A DNA stretch of 64,000 bases. Origin: an uncultured Spirochaetota bacterium. GTDB taxonomy: Bacteria > Spirochaetota > Brevinematia > Brevinematales > JAOACQ01. The notes under the pieces were generated by a model. That model did not search any database. It was given only the letters and a program-made list of their open reading frames with translations, and was not told the DNA's origin. The DNA is taken from the NCBI GenBank assembly GCA_963768055.1, contig CAVYGN010000002.1:1696001-1760000 (forward strand), given 5' to 3'. Positions 1-10,741 of this stretch are shown one piece after another. How positions within the stretch are numbered: position 1 is the stretch's first letter; each line of letters starts with the position of its first letter. The translations under genes were made by a program, and so were the position numbers.

Positions 1-181
1 CATATCTGATAAAGCATTTCTAGTTATAGTAAAAGTAAACGTTTTTAAATTTCAAAAACAACACACGCCGTTATTATTGGTACAGCGCTATAATAGATTT
101 TATTAGCGACATTCTTTCTTTATGGATTATGCCAACTTAGGAAATATTTAATCTATAATAACAATTTCCCATCATTTTCAT

Positions 182-201
182 TTTGTTTAGGCCTAAACAA
201 A
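182..201. promoter_or_regulatory. perfect 20-bp palindrome, candidate operator
   Basis: TTTGTTTAGG|CCTAAACAAA, about 75 bp upstream of the -35 of the duplicated promoter. Confidence 0.35.
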
Positions 202-230
202 TTTAATTCGGTATAAATTCCCATCTTTAA

Positions 231-322
231 AGGCAAAAAAGTACTAGAGAGCTAAAAAAAGGTACTGGAGTACTATTGACTCTCTTTGATCATATTTTAT
301 ATAATTTATGCCATTAAAAAAT
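231..322 (+). promoter_or_regulatory. duplicated promoter block, copy A (sigma70-like)
   Basis: TTGACT 276-281, 18-bp spacer, TATAAT 300-305; upstream A-tract-GTAC direct repeats; 85/92 identical to 13774-13865. Confidence 0.7.
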
Positions 323-755
323 TATGAACTGTCAATCTAAGGATAAATTTATAAGAAAAATGAGGTAAGACGCTTTTGAATATGTAAAAATATAATTGTA
401 AAGTGGAAAAGTGAAAAATTAAAAGAGACTATTTAAATCACATTTGCTCTTTAATTCCATTCAAAAAGTTAGTTTTATTAGTCGGGTATTATTTTTCAAA
501 ATTTCTGGTTTGAGTGCGTCATGGTTCTTAATATTTTACGTTAAGCGAATAGGTAAAATAAGAATATGATGATAGTTTATGTATCAAGAAAAGAAAGTGT
601 AATAATAATTTATTGATATTAACGGAGTTGAAAAAAATAGTTGTCAATAATGGATTTGACAATAAAAATATTTTATTATAGTGCTAAGTCATATTTAGTT
701 ATTTGTCGAATATAATAACAATAAAATTTGAGAAAAATATTTAATGGAGTTTGAT

Positions 756-1415
756 ATGAAAATCAGAGGATTGATTGCGTTGTCAGTATTGGTATTATTT
801 TCGTGCAGCGGGCAGAAAATCGGCCCTGAAGAAGACAAAAAAGAAACCTTCCTTTTCAATAAAGCAATCATATTTTATCTCAGGAGAGATTTCAATTCTG
901 CTGAAAAAGGATTCTTGGAAATAGTGCAGAAATACCCATCTTACACCCCGGCATACATAATGCTTGGAAAATCATATTTTTTCATGAACAGGTTTGGAGA
1001 AGCCGAAAAATATTTTAAGCAGTCCATAGATAAATCTCCTAACGTAGATTCATACATCTGGCTTTCCAAGATAGCGATTGCGAATACGAATATGAACCAG
1101 TGCCTTGAGTATCTTAATAAAGCACTGCAACTCGACATGTCAAGTCCGCTCACTCATTATGAACTGGGGAAATATTATAGAATGGCTGGACAATATGATA
1201 AAGCGATATATAACCTTAATTATGCCATTTCATATGAGGATATTTATCCTGAAATGAAAAGCGAGCTGGCTTCACTTTATATGGATCTTGGCGCAAAAGA
1301 TAAAGCCGATAAGCTTTACGGTGAAATACTTAAAAGTTCTGATGTTTCTCCGATGGTAAGATCAAATGTAATAGAAAAAATGGATAAACAGGATAAGTCG
1401 AGGAAGACTAAATGA
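756..1415 (+). CDS. TPR-repeat lipoprotein
   Basis: Lipobox LFSC; several TPR motifs (AYIMLGKSYF, HYELGKYY); GGAG RBS before ATG 756 (ORF track starts at 744). Confidence 0.8.
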   Translation: MKIRGLIALSVLVLFSCSGQKIGPEEDKKETFLFNKAIIFYLRRDFNSAEKGFLEIVQKYPSYTPAYIMLGKSYFFMNRFGEAEKYFKQSIDKSPNVDSYIWLSKIAIANTNMNQCLEYLNKALQLDMSSPLTHYELGKYYRMAGQYDKAIYNLNYAISYEDIYPEMKSELASLYMDLGAKDKADKLYGEILKSSDVSPMVRSNVIEKMDKQDKSRKTK

Positions 1416-1876
1416 AAAAAGGAATTTTATTTGTATTTACGGCTTTTGTTATTTCATTTATCTTCTTTTCCTGCGGTATTGACACTTATAGATATTCATA
1501 TATAAGGCCCTCAGAAAAAAAATTGAATTTAAAAACTTATTCGATTAATAGCGTGGAAGTATTCAATGCTGAATCCTTATTTTTAGACAAAAATGTTGTT
1601 TCCAATACAATAAGCCAGGTTTTCGATATTGTAATGGCGAATAATGGATTCAGCTCGGTCAAGGACGGGGATATTTCCGTGGATATCAAGTTATTTGTTG
1701 AAGAAAATGATGTGATCAATAACAAGCAAACTTTATCCCTCTTTTTGACTATTAATGATAAAAATTCTCCACTTGCCCAATTCATTCTAGCCTCGAAAAG
1801 CAAAGATCTTATCCTCGATAAATCCATGCTGATCAGGGAAATTAACAGCGTGGCCGATCAAATCAAACTTTTATAA
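1412..1876 (+). CDS. hypothetical lipoprotein
   Basis: Signal peptide with FFSC lipobox; start overlaps the upstream stop. Confidence 0.7.
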   Translation: MKKGILFVFTAFVISFIFFSCGIDTYRYSYIRPSEKKLNLKTYSINSVEVFNAESLFLDKNVVSNTISQVFDIVMANNGFSSVKDGDISVDIKLFVEENDVINNKQTLSLFLTINDKNSPLAQFILASKSKDLILDKSMLIREINSVADQIKLL

Positions 1877-1888
1877 CCTGAACGGTTT

Positions 1889-3292
1889 ATGACAAGCGTG
1901 AAAATTAAGGCGATTATCGCTGCACTTATTTTCTCAACAGTTTATTCTGCAGCCGCGGCCGAGCCGTTAACCCTGCAGGAGTGTGTCAGCGAAGGCCTGA
2001 AAAATAACAAGGATATCTGCTATCTTAACGAAGAATCCTCGCTTCAAATATTGGCATTGGATGAACAATACAGAAAATTTTATCCTCAGGCAAGCCTGTC
2101 TTATGCGGAAACGGACCAGGTTAATATGAATTCTCCGGATTACAGGCTGAGGAATCTTTCGGTATCGGTATCACAGCTTATATATGACGGCAATAAGCTG
2201 GGGACTGAAATAGAAATTGAAAAGAACAATATCAGTATAAGCTTGCTGGAAAACAGCCAGAAAAGGATAGATTTTATTTTCCAGATTGTAAGCGGTTATC
2301 TTTCAATTTTAAAACAGCAAGAAAAAATCAACATCAAAAAACAACTTATTGAAACCCAGGAAAAAGAACTCAATATATCAAAGAAGAAAAATGAAGTTGG
2401 TGAGGCGACCAAACTGGATGTCCTTGAATGGCAAATTGAATGTAACCAATCTACAGTCGACGAACTGCAACTGGAAAACGATCTTGTTTTTGGAAAAATG
2501 AGCCTTATGAAGCTTTTAGGAATTGATATTGGAAATTCTTTTGAAGCGAGAGAAAAATTAGAGATAGACGTTGCTGCTTCATTCATTGATTATATAGAAG
2601 ACAGTGTTATCTCAGAAGCGCTTGAAAATTCCATCGATTTAAAAAAAATCCAAATTTCAATTATAAAAGCTAAGGAAACTTCGGTTCTTCACAATCTTTT
2701 GCTTCCCGATATCACATTGAATTTTTCTTACACAACAGATCCGAATTATTTATTTCATCCGGATGCAAGTTCATGGACAGCAGGGATTAATTTTAGCATA
2801 CCATTTTTTTTCGATGTACTTAATTTTGGTAATTCTTATGGCGGAAATATGAACGGAAGTCAAAAAAGTCAGGATCCTCAAATATCTTCGACTGTTTACC
2901 AGGATCCAAGCTTTACCAGAAAATTAAAAGAGGATGCATTTTCTTTCGACCAGCTTTCAAGTCAATATCATGACAAGATCGAAGAGATTAAACTTGATAC
3001 AAAGAAAAAATTAAGCGATTTCAAATTTCAAAAAGAAAAGATAGAAATGCTTGATGAGAAAATCAAGCTGGCTGAAGGTAAAAATACTATTTTATATCAC
3101 CAGGTACAAGTTGGTGAAGCATTACTTTCGGATTATATCAATTCATTAAACACTCTAAGTGAAATGAAAATGGAAAGAGTTGAAAGTCTTTATGATTATA
3201 CGACTTTAATGATTGAAATTTATAAAATCCGGGGAAAACTATCGGAAGATATCGTCAAATCATTATATAAAGATTTTCTTAAAGAGGTCTAA
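1889..3292 (+). CDS. TolC family outer-membrane channel
   Basis: Signal peptide; LTLQECV..GLKNN start; two OEP repeats (YPQASLS..SQLIYDG; LPDITL..W.AGINFSIP; GEAT.LDVL). Confidence 0.85.
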   Translation: MTSVKIKAIIAALIFSTVYSAAAAEPLTLQECVSEGLKNNKDICYLNEESSLQILALDEQYRKFYPQASLSYAETDQVNMNSPDYRLRNLSVSVSQLIYDGNKLGTEIEIEKNNISISLLENSQKRIDFIFQIVSGYLSILKQQEKINIKKQLIETQEKELNISKKKNEVGEATKLDVLEWQIECNQSTVDELQLENDLVFGKMSLMKLLGIDIGNSFEAREKLEIDVAASFIDYIEDSVISEALENSIDLKKIQISIIKAKETSVLHNLLLPDITLNFSYTTDPNYLFHPDASSWTAGINFSIPFFFDVLNFGNSYGGNMNGSQKSQDPQISSTVYQDPSFTRKLKEDAFSFDQLSSQYHDKIEEIKLDTKKKLSDFKFQKEKIEMLDEKIKLAEGKNTILYHQVQVGEALLSDYINSLNTLSEMKMERVESLYDYTTLMIEIYKIRGKLSEDIVKSLYKDFLKEV

Positions 3293-3293
3293 A

Positions 3294-4805
3294 ATGAAAA
3301 AACGTCCTGATAATAAATTGCAGAAAATAATTGCCAATTCAAGGGATTTTGTAACAAAAATTCTCAAATTTTTCAGTACCGGATTAAAACGTCGCATTGG
3401 ATTAGGGCTTGTAGTACTGCTCCTGATAATGGTTGTTGTTTCCATATTCACTTTCAAACCGGTATTCCCGAACTTAAGCCAGGAAAAGGATCAGAAAACA
3501 AATGATATTGCTGTTATGCCTGAAATCAAGGTTTCCCGGATAGAGAAAAGGGGAATTACGGACGAAGTGAACACTTACGGAACAGTTTCTTATTACCAAA
3601 AGGTTAATGTAGTATCTAAAGTGGAAGAAATCGCGGATAAGGTTAATGTCAATATCGGAGATTATGTAAACAAGGACCAGGTTTTGGCAGTAATGAAGAA
3701 TGAATATATAAAATTGGGCGTCGAATTAGCTAAGGAAGACGTGAGAGGCAAGGAAGCATCTTTCGAGTTATCGCTCGCAAAATACAGCAATGCTCTGCTG
3801 GGTGTCGAAAAAAATATTGGGTCCCTTGATAGACTTAGGATAGAAGAGAAACAAAAGAAACTTGAAATTGCAAATGCAGCCAGGATCCTTTCGAATAAAG
3901 ATGAGCTTCTTAGCGTAGAGGGCGTTACAAAGGAACAGTACAAAGATGCGGAAAGCAAGTACGATATTGCCATGCTTGAGCTTGACTCCATATTGAAAGA
4001 GATACAGGTCTCTGAAATCGGTTACAGGGATTCCGATATTAAAAACGCCGGAGAAAATGTGCCTGCTGATAAGGATCAGAGACTTGAAATTTTGAAGAAA
4101 ATTAATACAAAGGTAGAAAGCGCTGAAGTCGATATAGCCAAATCAGAAATAGAAAGATCCCGTCTTCAGCTTCAAACATCCGAATTAAATTTCGATGAAA
4201 CTATTATCAAATCTCCGAATAACGGCATAATAGCAATGCGTTACATCGAACCGGGTGAGAAAGCTGAAAAGGACAAACCCATTTTTACGGTAATTGATCT
4301 CGAAAGTTTATATATAGAATTGCCGGTCCCTGAAACCGAACTGCCGACAATAAAGCAGGACCAGGTTGTAAATATTAAAATTGATGCATATCCTCAAATG
4401 ACCTTTAACGGGATTGTGGAAACAATATATCCCATAGTGGATGTGAAAACAAGAACTGCAACTATAAGGTGTAGAATAAAAAACCAGAGACTTACAAGAA
4501 ACAGATATTTATTAACACCCGGAATGTTTGTTCGCGCAAATATTGTGACATCATCAAGAAAAGACGCTCTGACAATCCCTTTCGACGGTATGGCTGAAAA
4601 GGACAACGCAAGGATAAAAGTTTTCATAATCAAAAGGAATTCAACAGACACAAATACCGGTGTTGCTGTCGAAAAATGGGTGCCGTATTCTAAAATAGCT
4701 GATACCTATATTGAGATCCTGCAAGATCTGGATGAAGGCGATTTAATAGCTGTATCAGGGCTTGATTTTCTGGAAACAGGGCTGAGAGTTAAAATAAAGG
4801 AATAA
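3294..4805 (+). CDS. RND periplasmic adaptor (MFP) with extended coiled-coil hairpin
   Basis: N-terminal TM; lipoyl halves (V..GDYVNKDQVLA; IIKSPNNGII); beta-barrel motifs IYPIVDVKTRT and LTPGMFVRA; probable start 3294 (ORF track 3213). Confidence 0.85.
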   Translation: MKKRPDNKLQKIIANSRDFVTKILKFFSTGLKRRIGLGLVVLLLIMVVVSIFTFKPVFPNLSQEKDQKTNDIAVMPEIKVSRIEKRGITDEVNTYGTVSYYQKVNVVSKVEEIADKVNVNIGDYVNKDQVLAVMKNEYIKLGVELAKEDVRGKEASFELSLAKYSNALLGVEKNIGSLDRLRIEEKQKKLEIANAARILSNKDELLSVEGVTKEQYKDAESKYDIAMLELDSILKEIQVSEIGYRDSDIKNAGENVPADKDQRLEILKKINTKVESAEVDIAKSEIERSRLQLQTSELNFDETIIKSPNNGIIAMRYIEPGEKAEKDKPIFTVIDLESLYIELPVPETELPTIKQDQVVNIKIDAYPQMTFNGIVETIYPIVDVKTRTATIRCRIKNQRLTRNRYLLTPGMFVRANIVTSSRKDALTIPFDGMAEKDNARIKVFIIKRNSTDTNTGVAVEKWVPYSKIADTYIEILQDLDEGDLIAVSGLDFLETGLRVKIKE

Positions 4806-4816
4806 TAGGCGGATGT

Positions 4817-6262
4817 ATGAAAAATAAAATAATTATTCCGGCATTATTTGCATTATTCTTATTTGGATTAATAGAATGTTGCAGTTTATTTACCTCTCCG
4901 ACTGTTGTTTCCGTATCTCCCGGTAATGACCAGGAAGTGGGAACGAATTTCAGCATAACAATAGTATTTTCCAAATCAATGCATAAAGACACGGTTCAGA
5001 ACGCTTTTGCACTTTATTGTCTGGGATCTTCAGGAAATTCATCCTCGCCGGGAGCGTTAATCGAAGGAAGTTTTTCATGGGATAGCGATACAACATTGGT
5101 ATTCAGCCCATTTCAGGACCAGCTGGTTTACCCTTCCCAATATTCAATACAGATAGGGAATACGGCAGCCGATTCAGACGGCAACTCATTGGGCAATACA
5201 TATTATTCCAGATTTAAAATTATGGGAAATGCAATTTATCCAACTATTGTTGCAACATATCCTACAAACGGTGCCATTAATGTTCGCATACAAACAAATA
5301 TTACAATTCAGTTCTCGATGCCGATGGATCAGGGAAGTACGATCAGCGCATTTTCTTTAAACCCTTCTATTGCGGGAAACCTGTCATTAAAGTCCAATAT
5401 ATTGCTGTTTCAGCCATCAACCCCATTGAGCAACGGTTGCTATTATAATGTAAATGTAGCAAACACCGCCCAGGGAACCAATGGCGTTAAACTTCAAAAT
5501 TCCTACGTCTTTTATTTCCTTGCCGGCAATGGCCTGACTTTACCGGCAGTTACCGGTATCTATACAAACTTAAACAGCGCACCGCTTACAAATTACCAGT
5601 CAGGCATTGAAAAAACAAATACAAATTTCTTTATTTTATTCAATATACCGATGGACCGGGATTCTGTATACAATAACTTGAGCATTACCCCGTCAGCCAC
5701 ATATTATATTAACTGGATATCCGGCAATACCGCCGCTTTATACTTTACAACTCCACTGATCCCTTCAACAAATTATACTATATCCCTTTCTGCTGGAACC
5801 AAGAGTACATCAGGTTCCCTTCTCCAGAACAATTTCTTATTCAATTTTTACACAGACGGCCTGAATTCGACATTGCCTTTTGTTAATGATATCGTCGCGG
5901 AAACAACCGGAGGATTCGTTGATATGACTAATACAAATATTATATACTTAATACCTATTACTGCAAATACTCTTTGCATAGATGTTTCTTTCTCAGGCCC
6001 GGCAAACATAAACCTGCTTTCTCTTTATACGAATTCATCAATAACGTTTCTTTACGGTAGTGGAGATATATCGCAATCAGGGAAAATTTACACTATCAAT
6101 ATGACCGGCCCGAACAAATTCACATATACGATTACTTCGCTTTGTTTGAGTAATTATTATAAATTTTCTATGACTGGAGGAGCGAATGGAATACAGGATG
6201 TTCTGCAGAATCCTTTATCGGGTTCTTGGAATATTTATTTCTCCATTACTAATACTAATTAG
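4817..6262 (+). CDS. Ig-like (Big_5-type) repeat lipoprotein
   Basis: Signal peptide with Cys; repeated P.VV...P...I.I.FS..MD units; Asn/Thr/Ser-rich. Confidence 0.75.
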   Translation: MKNKIIIPALFALFLFGLIECCSLFTSPTVVSVSPGNDQEVGTNFSITIVFSKSMHKDTVQNAFALYCLGSSGNSSSPGALIEGSFSWDSDTTLVFSPFQDQLVYPSQYSIQIGNTAADSDGNSLGNTYYSRFKIMGNAIYPTIVATYPTNGAINVRIQTNITIQFSMPMDQGSTISAFSLNPSIAGNLSLKSNILLFQPSTPLSNGCYYNVNVANTAQGTNGVKLQNSYVFYFLAGNGLTLPAVTGIYTNLNSAPLTNYQSGIEKTNTNFFILFNIPMDRDSVYNNLSITPSATYYINWISGNTAALYFTTPLIPSTNYTISLSAGTKSTSGSLLQNNFLFNFYTDGLNSTLPFVNDIVAETTGGFVDMTNTNIIYLIPITANTLCIDVSFSGPANINLLSLYTNSSITFLYGSGDISQSGKIYTINMTGPNKFTYTITSLCLSNYYKFSMTGGANGIQDVLQNPLSGSWNIYFSITNTN

Positions 6263-7670
6263 TTTTTTACTTTTCAATTCCTGTTCTTTTTTAGATTTCG
6301 GCCAGCCTGTAATTTCATCTGTAAGTCCTTCAGACAGCCAATCCTTAGCACAAACAAATAATTTCAGTCATGTAGAAATAGTTTTCAGCAAGAAAATGAA
6401 TGAAGGTACAGTTCAAAATGCTTTTTCATTTAAGTATGTAACAGTCGATCCTTATGAAGAATCAAATATCCCGGGAAATTTTCAGTGGAACCAGGACGGT
6501 TCCGATATGTCATTTTATCCTCAGAATTCCTGCAATTTCGGTAAATATAAAATCAGTCTTCTCCCGACAGCTAAAGACGGCGATGGAAATGATATCCTAT
6601 ACGGCACCAATACAACATTTAATATAGGAAATCAGGGGAAATATCCCATAATAGTCTCTACCTACCCGCTTAATAATGCGGCAATTCTTTCGGGTTCAAA
6701 TCTTATCATTACAGTTTCATTTTCAGAATCAATAAATACGGCATACATGTCAAGCATGTTCAGCGTAAGCCCGTCTCTTAATTACCAGATAACGGCAGTT
6801 TCGAATAATACCGTTTTTGAACTTCTCCCCCTGTCGGTTTATCAAAATGGCCAGTATACACTTTCATTTAATACAAATAGCATTATCGACCTTTCCGGCA
6901 ACATGCTCCGTCCGACGCCTAATTTATTTTTTACCATCGGGACAAATTTTAATCCCCCGCGATTGCTCGGGATTTATACCAACCCGGATGCTGTCACCGG
7001 GCCCCTGACCCTGACGAACGGCTTGAACAATATCGATAAAAATAACAATCTTTATTTTTCATTTAATAAGAGCCTCGCAGTCAATTTGAATAATATACCT
7101 ATAAATTTCAGTCCGCAGGTCAGCGGAACCTGGGCTACCAACTCAAGCGCAAATGTCCTGTCGTTTACTCCCTCTTCATACTGGAACATAGGAACCGCCT
7201 ACACTGTTACAGTTAACAGCGGGTTCAAAGATATTTTCGGGAATGTATCTCAAAACACATATCAATCTTACCTTGAAATATCAAATTCGTTTATCTTTTT
7301 AACAAATATTATTTATTCCGACTCGGGTAGCGATACGGTTAATTGGAATTCTTCAGCCCTGAATTACGGTCCTTTTAAACCAGGTAATATAACAATCTAC
7401 CTTTATTTCAGCACCTCGCTTCAGCCGGTATCCGTTTTGCCGAATATCGGGATAAATACTTTTAACAGTATAAATAACTCCATTTCAATAACCACAATAG
7501 CTTTCATGACGAATAACTCTCCGAATGACTCGATATGCGTGACTTTGATGAATCCTTCAAATTATATCCTCTACTATCTTTCAGTCAACGGAGGAACAGG
7601 CGGTCTGAGGGACATGAATCAGAACTGGTTATCCAGCAATATTAATATATTTTTCAATTTAACAAATTAG
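6186..7670 (+). CDS. Ig-like (Big_5-type) repeat lipoprotein, paralog of the upstream gene
   Basis: FNSC lipobox; IVFSKKMNEGTVQNAF matches upstream IVFSKSMHKDTVQNAF; similar C-terminus GG.GG..D..QN.L. Confidence 0.75.
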   Translation: MEYRMFCRILYRVLGIFISPLLILISFLLFNSCSFLDFGQPVISSVSPSDSQSLAQTNNFSHVEIVFSKKMNEGTVQNAFSFKYVTVDPYEESNIPGNFQWNQDGSDMSFYPQNSCNFGKYKISLLPTAKDGDGNDILYGTNTTFNIGNQGKYPIIVSTYPLNNAAILSGSNLIITVSFSESINTAYMSSMFSVSPSLNYQITAVSNNTVFELLPLSVYQNGQYTLSFNTNSIIDLSGNMLRPTPNLFFTIGTNFNPPRLLGIYTNPDAVTGPLTLTNGLNNIDKNNNLYFSFNKSLAVNLNNIPINFSPQVSGTWATNSSANVLSFTPSSYWNIGTAYTVTVNSGFKDIFGNVSQNTYQSYLEISNSFIFLTNIIYSDSGSDTVNWNSSALNYGPFKPGNITIYLYFSTSLQPVSVLPNIGINTFNSINNSISITTIAFMTNNSPNDSICVTLMNPSNYILYYLSVNGGTGGLRDMNQNWLSSNINIFFNLTN

Positions 7671-7696
7671 GCCTGTAAAGGAATAGACTCTCGTAT

Positions 7697-10600
7697 ATGA
7701 ATATATCTAAAATAGTTGTAAAGCATCCGAAAGGCACGGTAATTCTTTTTTTGTCAATAATCATATTCGGAAGCGTTTCGCTGCCTTTCATCAATAAGGA
7801 CCTTTTCCCGAAAATAGATTATCCTGTCATAACTATCGTGACATCCCTGGAGAACAAATCTCCGCAGGAAATAAGAAACCTTGTAACCGTCCCGATGGAG
7901 GAAATCCTGTCATCAACATCCGGACTCCGCAATATAAGATCCGTATCCAGATATGGGGAAAGTATCATTACTTTATATTTCGATTGGGGCATAAACCTTG
8001 ATCTAACATATATGGAAACGAGAGAAAAGCTTGATTTTGCTAAGAGTATACTTCCCCAGGGCACTTCCAGGCCTATCGCCCTCAGGTTCGATCCTAACAG
8101 CGATCCTATAATGACAATAGGAATTGACATTCTTAATAAGGACCTGGAAGGGGATGAGAGGAACTACATTAGAAAAAATATTTCCCCCCTTTTTGAAAGA
8201 ATAGACGGTGTCGCATTTGCTGAAATTGTCGGAGGGAATGAAAAGGAAATAAGGGTAGATGTCAGCCTTGATAAACTTTATGCAAACAATCTTAGCATTG
8301 ATGAAGTAGTAAAAGCGCTGGAAGAAAACAACATCGAATATCCTGTAGGCGAAATCGAGGAAAGTAAAACCTCTTTTACAGTTAACATTGAAGGAAAAAT
8401 TAATAACTATAACCAGCTCGGAAACTTTGTCGTCGGCAGGAATGAAAACGGAGTTCCAATTTACCTTCAAAGTATTGCCGATATCCACCCTGATAATAAA
8501 GAGAAAAAAATAGTTTTCAGGCTTAACGGAAAAGAAGGAGCGGCGCTTAATATTTATAAGGAAGGAGATGCAAATATTGTCAGGACAGCTGACAATATCG
8601 CTGAAAAACTGCCTTTTATCCGGGATAAAACCAAAAACGACATTTCTTATAAAATAATACTTGATAATTCAAGTTATGTAAAAAATTCAATTAATGATAT
8701 AGTTTCTTCCGCTATAATAGGTGTTATATTAACTTTTTTTGTACTTTACATTTTTCTTGAGGACTTTATCGCATCTTTCATAGTCGGAATAGCCATCCCG
8801 ATTACAATAATTATGACAATTTTTTTTATGTACCTGATGAATATCAGCATTAATTTGATATCCCTGACAGGATTATCCATAGGTATAGGGTCTATGGTGG
8901 ACGCGAATATCGTTATTATTGAAAATATAAAACGCTACATGGCAAAGGAAAATGACGACCAAACGCTGATCCATGCGGCCGGAGAGGTGAGCGCTCCCGT
9001 AATATCGTCCATCCTTACAAATATTGCCGTTTTTCTGCCTATAGTATTTGTCCAGGGAATAGCTTCGAGCATTTTCAGGGAGTTGTCATTAGTAGTTACA
9101 TTTTCCCATCTCAGCACTCTATTAACCTCAATTATGTTAACTCCCGCTTTGTATAAACTTCTTGAAAATAGAAAGATCAGGGCAATATTCAAATCAAAGG
9201 TGCATTTCGCCCATATAATCGAAAGATTTAAAAATTCGTATCTTAAAATTCTTGATAAGACTCTTGATCATATTCAAACCTTGATTGTTGTTCTGTCAAT
9301 GCTGCTTGTGATTTCAATCACAGCCCTCATGTCAAACAAGAAAGAAGTCCTTCCGATGCTATCTCAAAATTCTTTTAATATCAATATGAAATTCCCGCCG
9401 AATTATTCAATCGACAGGACTGAAGAAAGTACCGGAGAAATTGAGAGGATAATAACGGCAAACCGGAAAGCCGATTATTATTATTCCATAATCGGGGATT
9501 ATTCGGCTCTGTCATCTTTTTCACAAGCAAAGAAAAATAATGTATCAAGCCTGAAAGTTTTCCTGAAAAAAGGGGCAAATACACATGATGAAATAAATAA
9601 TGCGAAAATCCGTATTGGAAGATTCTTCAATAATACTGAAATAGGAATTGAAGAAAACCAGACTGCATTTTCAAGGCTTTTCCCTTCAGAAAACGAGGTT
9701 TATATAACGGGGACTCCTCTTGATTATATTCAAAAAATAGGAAGGTATGTAACCGATATAATTTCAAGGCAGGGCGTTTCGAATATAAGCATGTCGGCGG
9801 ATGAGGAACAGACTATCGGCCTTGTTTTCGACAGGACCGCGCTTAATAACTCGGGACTCAGTACAAAAACCGTCGCGGATATTGCAGGCATCTGTATCGA
9901 TGGAAAGGTCGCAACAAAAATCGAGACTCCGGACAACTCTGAAATGGATGTCAGGGTAAAACTCGGCGATAACATCTTTTCAGAACAGGAAAACCTTTTT
10001 AAAATTCTGCTAAAACCTCCTCATGGCCAGAATGTGCTTCTTTCAACTATTGCAACTTTGACGAATGAAACAAAAACCACGGAAATAAGCCGCTATAACC
10101 AGCAGGAAATGGTTTCAATACGTTTTTCAGACCCGGGAACTGATTTGAAAAAAATCCAGGATAATATAAAATCTCTCCAGCTTTCTAAAAATGCAGCAAT
10201 AAGCTATAGCTGGGATACGCCTGAAATAAAGAAATCCATCGGTTCACTGATGCTTGTCCTGTTATTATCAATTGTGGTTATATTCGTCATTATTGCCTTC
10301 CAGTTCGAATCCATAAGTAAATCACTCCTTATCATGGTTACGATACCCCTTATATTTATAGGACTTTCTCCGGTATTGGTGCTCTTCGGCGTTACAATCA
10401 ACGTGATTTCGCTTGTGGGAATTATTCTGCTTGTAGGTATTGTAGTCGATAATGCGATAGTCATGGTGGATTTTTACGAGAGATATAAAAAGCCTTCTAT
10501 GACGGCGCTTGAGATCAGAAACCTTGTTCTCCAGGGAAGCGGCGTACGTTTCAGGCCTATTATAATGACAAGTCTTGCAACTATAATTGCCCTTCTTCCT

Positions 10601-10741
10601 TTGATGTTTTTCCCCGGAGAAGGCATGGAGTTCCAGAGAATACTTTCAATAACAATTGCCGGGGGCTTCTTTTTTGCAACATCCATAACGCTTTTTTTCC
10701 TTCCATCGCTTTATTACATGATTGAAAAGCGGGGAAGATGA
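7697..10741 (+). CDS. RND efflux permease (AcrB/AcrD/AcrF family), subunit 1
   Basis: 1014 aa; LFPKIDYPVITI, VTVPMEE, two TM bundles, RFRPIIMT motif. Confidence 0.9.
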   Translation: MNISKIVVKHPKGTVILFLSIIIFGSVSLPFINKDLFPKIDYPVITIVTSLENKSPQEIRNLVTVPMEEILSSTSGLRNIRSVSRYGESIITLYFDWGINLDLTYMETREKLDFAKSILPQGTSRPIALRFDPNSDPIMTIGIDILNKDLEGDERNYIRKNISPLFERIDGVAFAEIVGGNEKEIRVDVSLDKLYANNLSIDEVVKALEENNIEYPVGEIEESKTSFTVNIEGKINNYNQLGNFVVGRNENGVPIYLQSIADIHPDNKEKKIVFRLNGKEGAALNIYKEGDANIVRTADNIAEKLPFIRDKTKNDISYKIILDNSSYVKNSINDIVSSAIIGVILTFFVLYIFLEDFIASFIVGIAIPITIIMTIFFMYLMNISINLISLTGLSIGIGSMVDANIVIIENIKRYMAKENDDQTLIHAAGEVSAPVISSILTNIAVFLPIVFVQGIASSIFRELSLVVTFSHLSTLLTSIMLTPALYKLLENRKIRAIFKSKVHFAHIIERFKNSYLKILDKTLDHIQTLIVVLSMLLVISITALMSNKKEVLPMLSQNSFNINMKFPPNYSIDRTEESTGEIERIITANRKADYYYSIIGDYSALSSFSQAKKNNVSSLKVFLKKGANTHDEINNAKIRIGRFFNNTEIGIEENQTAFSRLFPSENEVYITGTPLDYIQKIGRYVTDIISRQGVSNISMSADEEQTIGLVFDRTALNNSGLSTKTVADIAGICIDGKVATKIETPDNSEMDVRVKLGDNIFSEQENLFKILLKPPHGQNVLLSTIATLTNETKTTEISRYNQQEMVSIRFSDPGTDLKKIQDNIKSLQLSKNAAISYSWDTPEIKKSIGSLMLVLLLSIVVIFVIIAFQFESISKSLLIMVTIPLIFIGLSPVLVLFGVTINVISLVGIILLVGIVVDNAIVMVDFYERYKKPSMTALEIRNLVLQGSGVRFRPIIMTSLATIIALLPLMFFPGEGMEFQRILSITIAGGFFFATSITLFFLPSLYYMIEKRGR

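Noticed and set aside
1..224. Minus-strand gene start at the window edge
   Set aside because: The frames examined close within about 25 codons; no supportable CDS.
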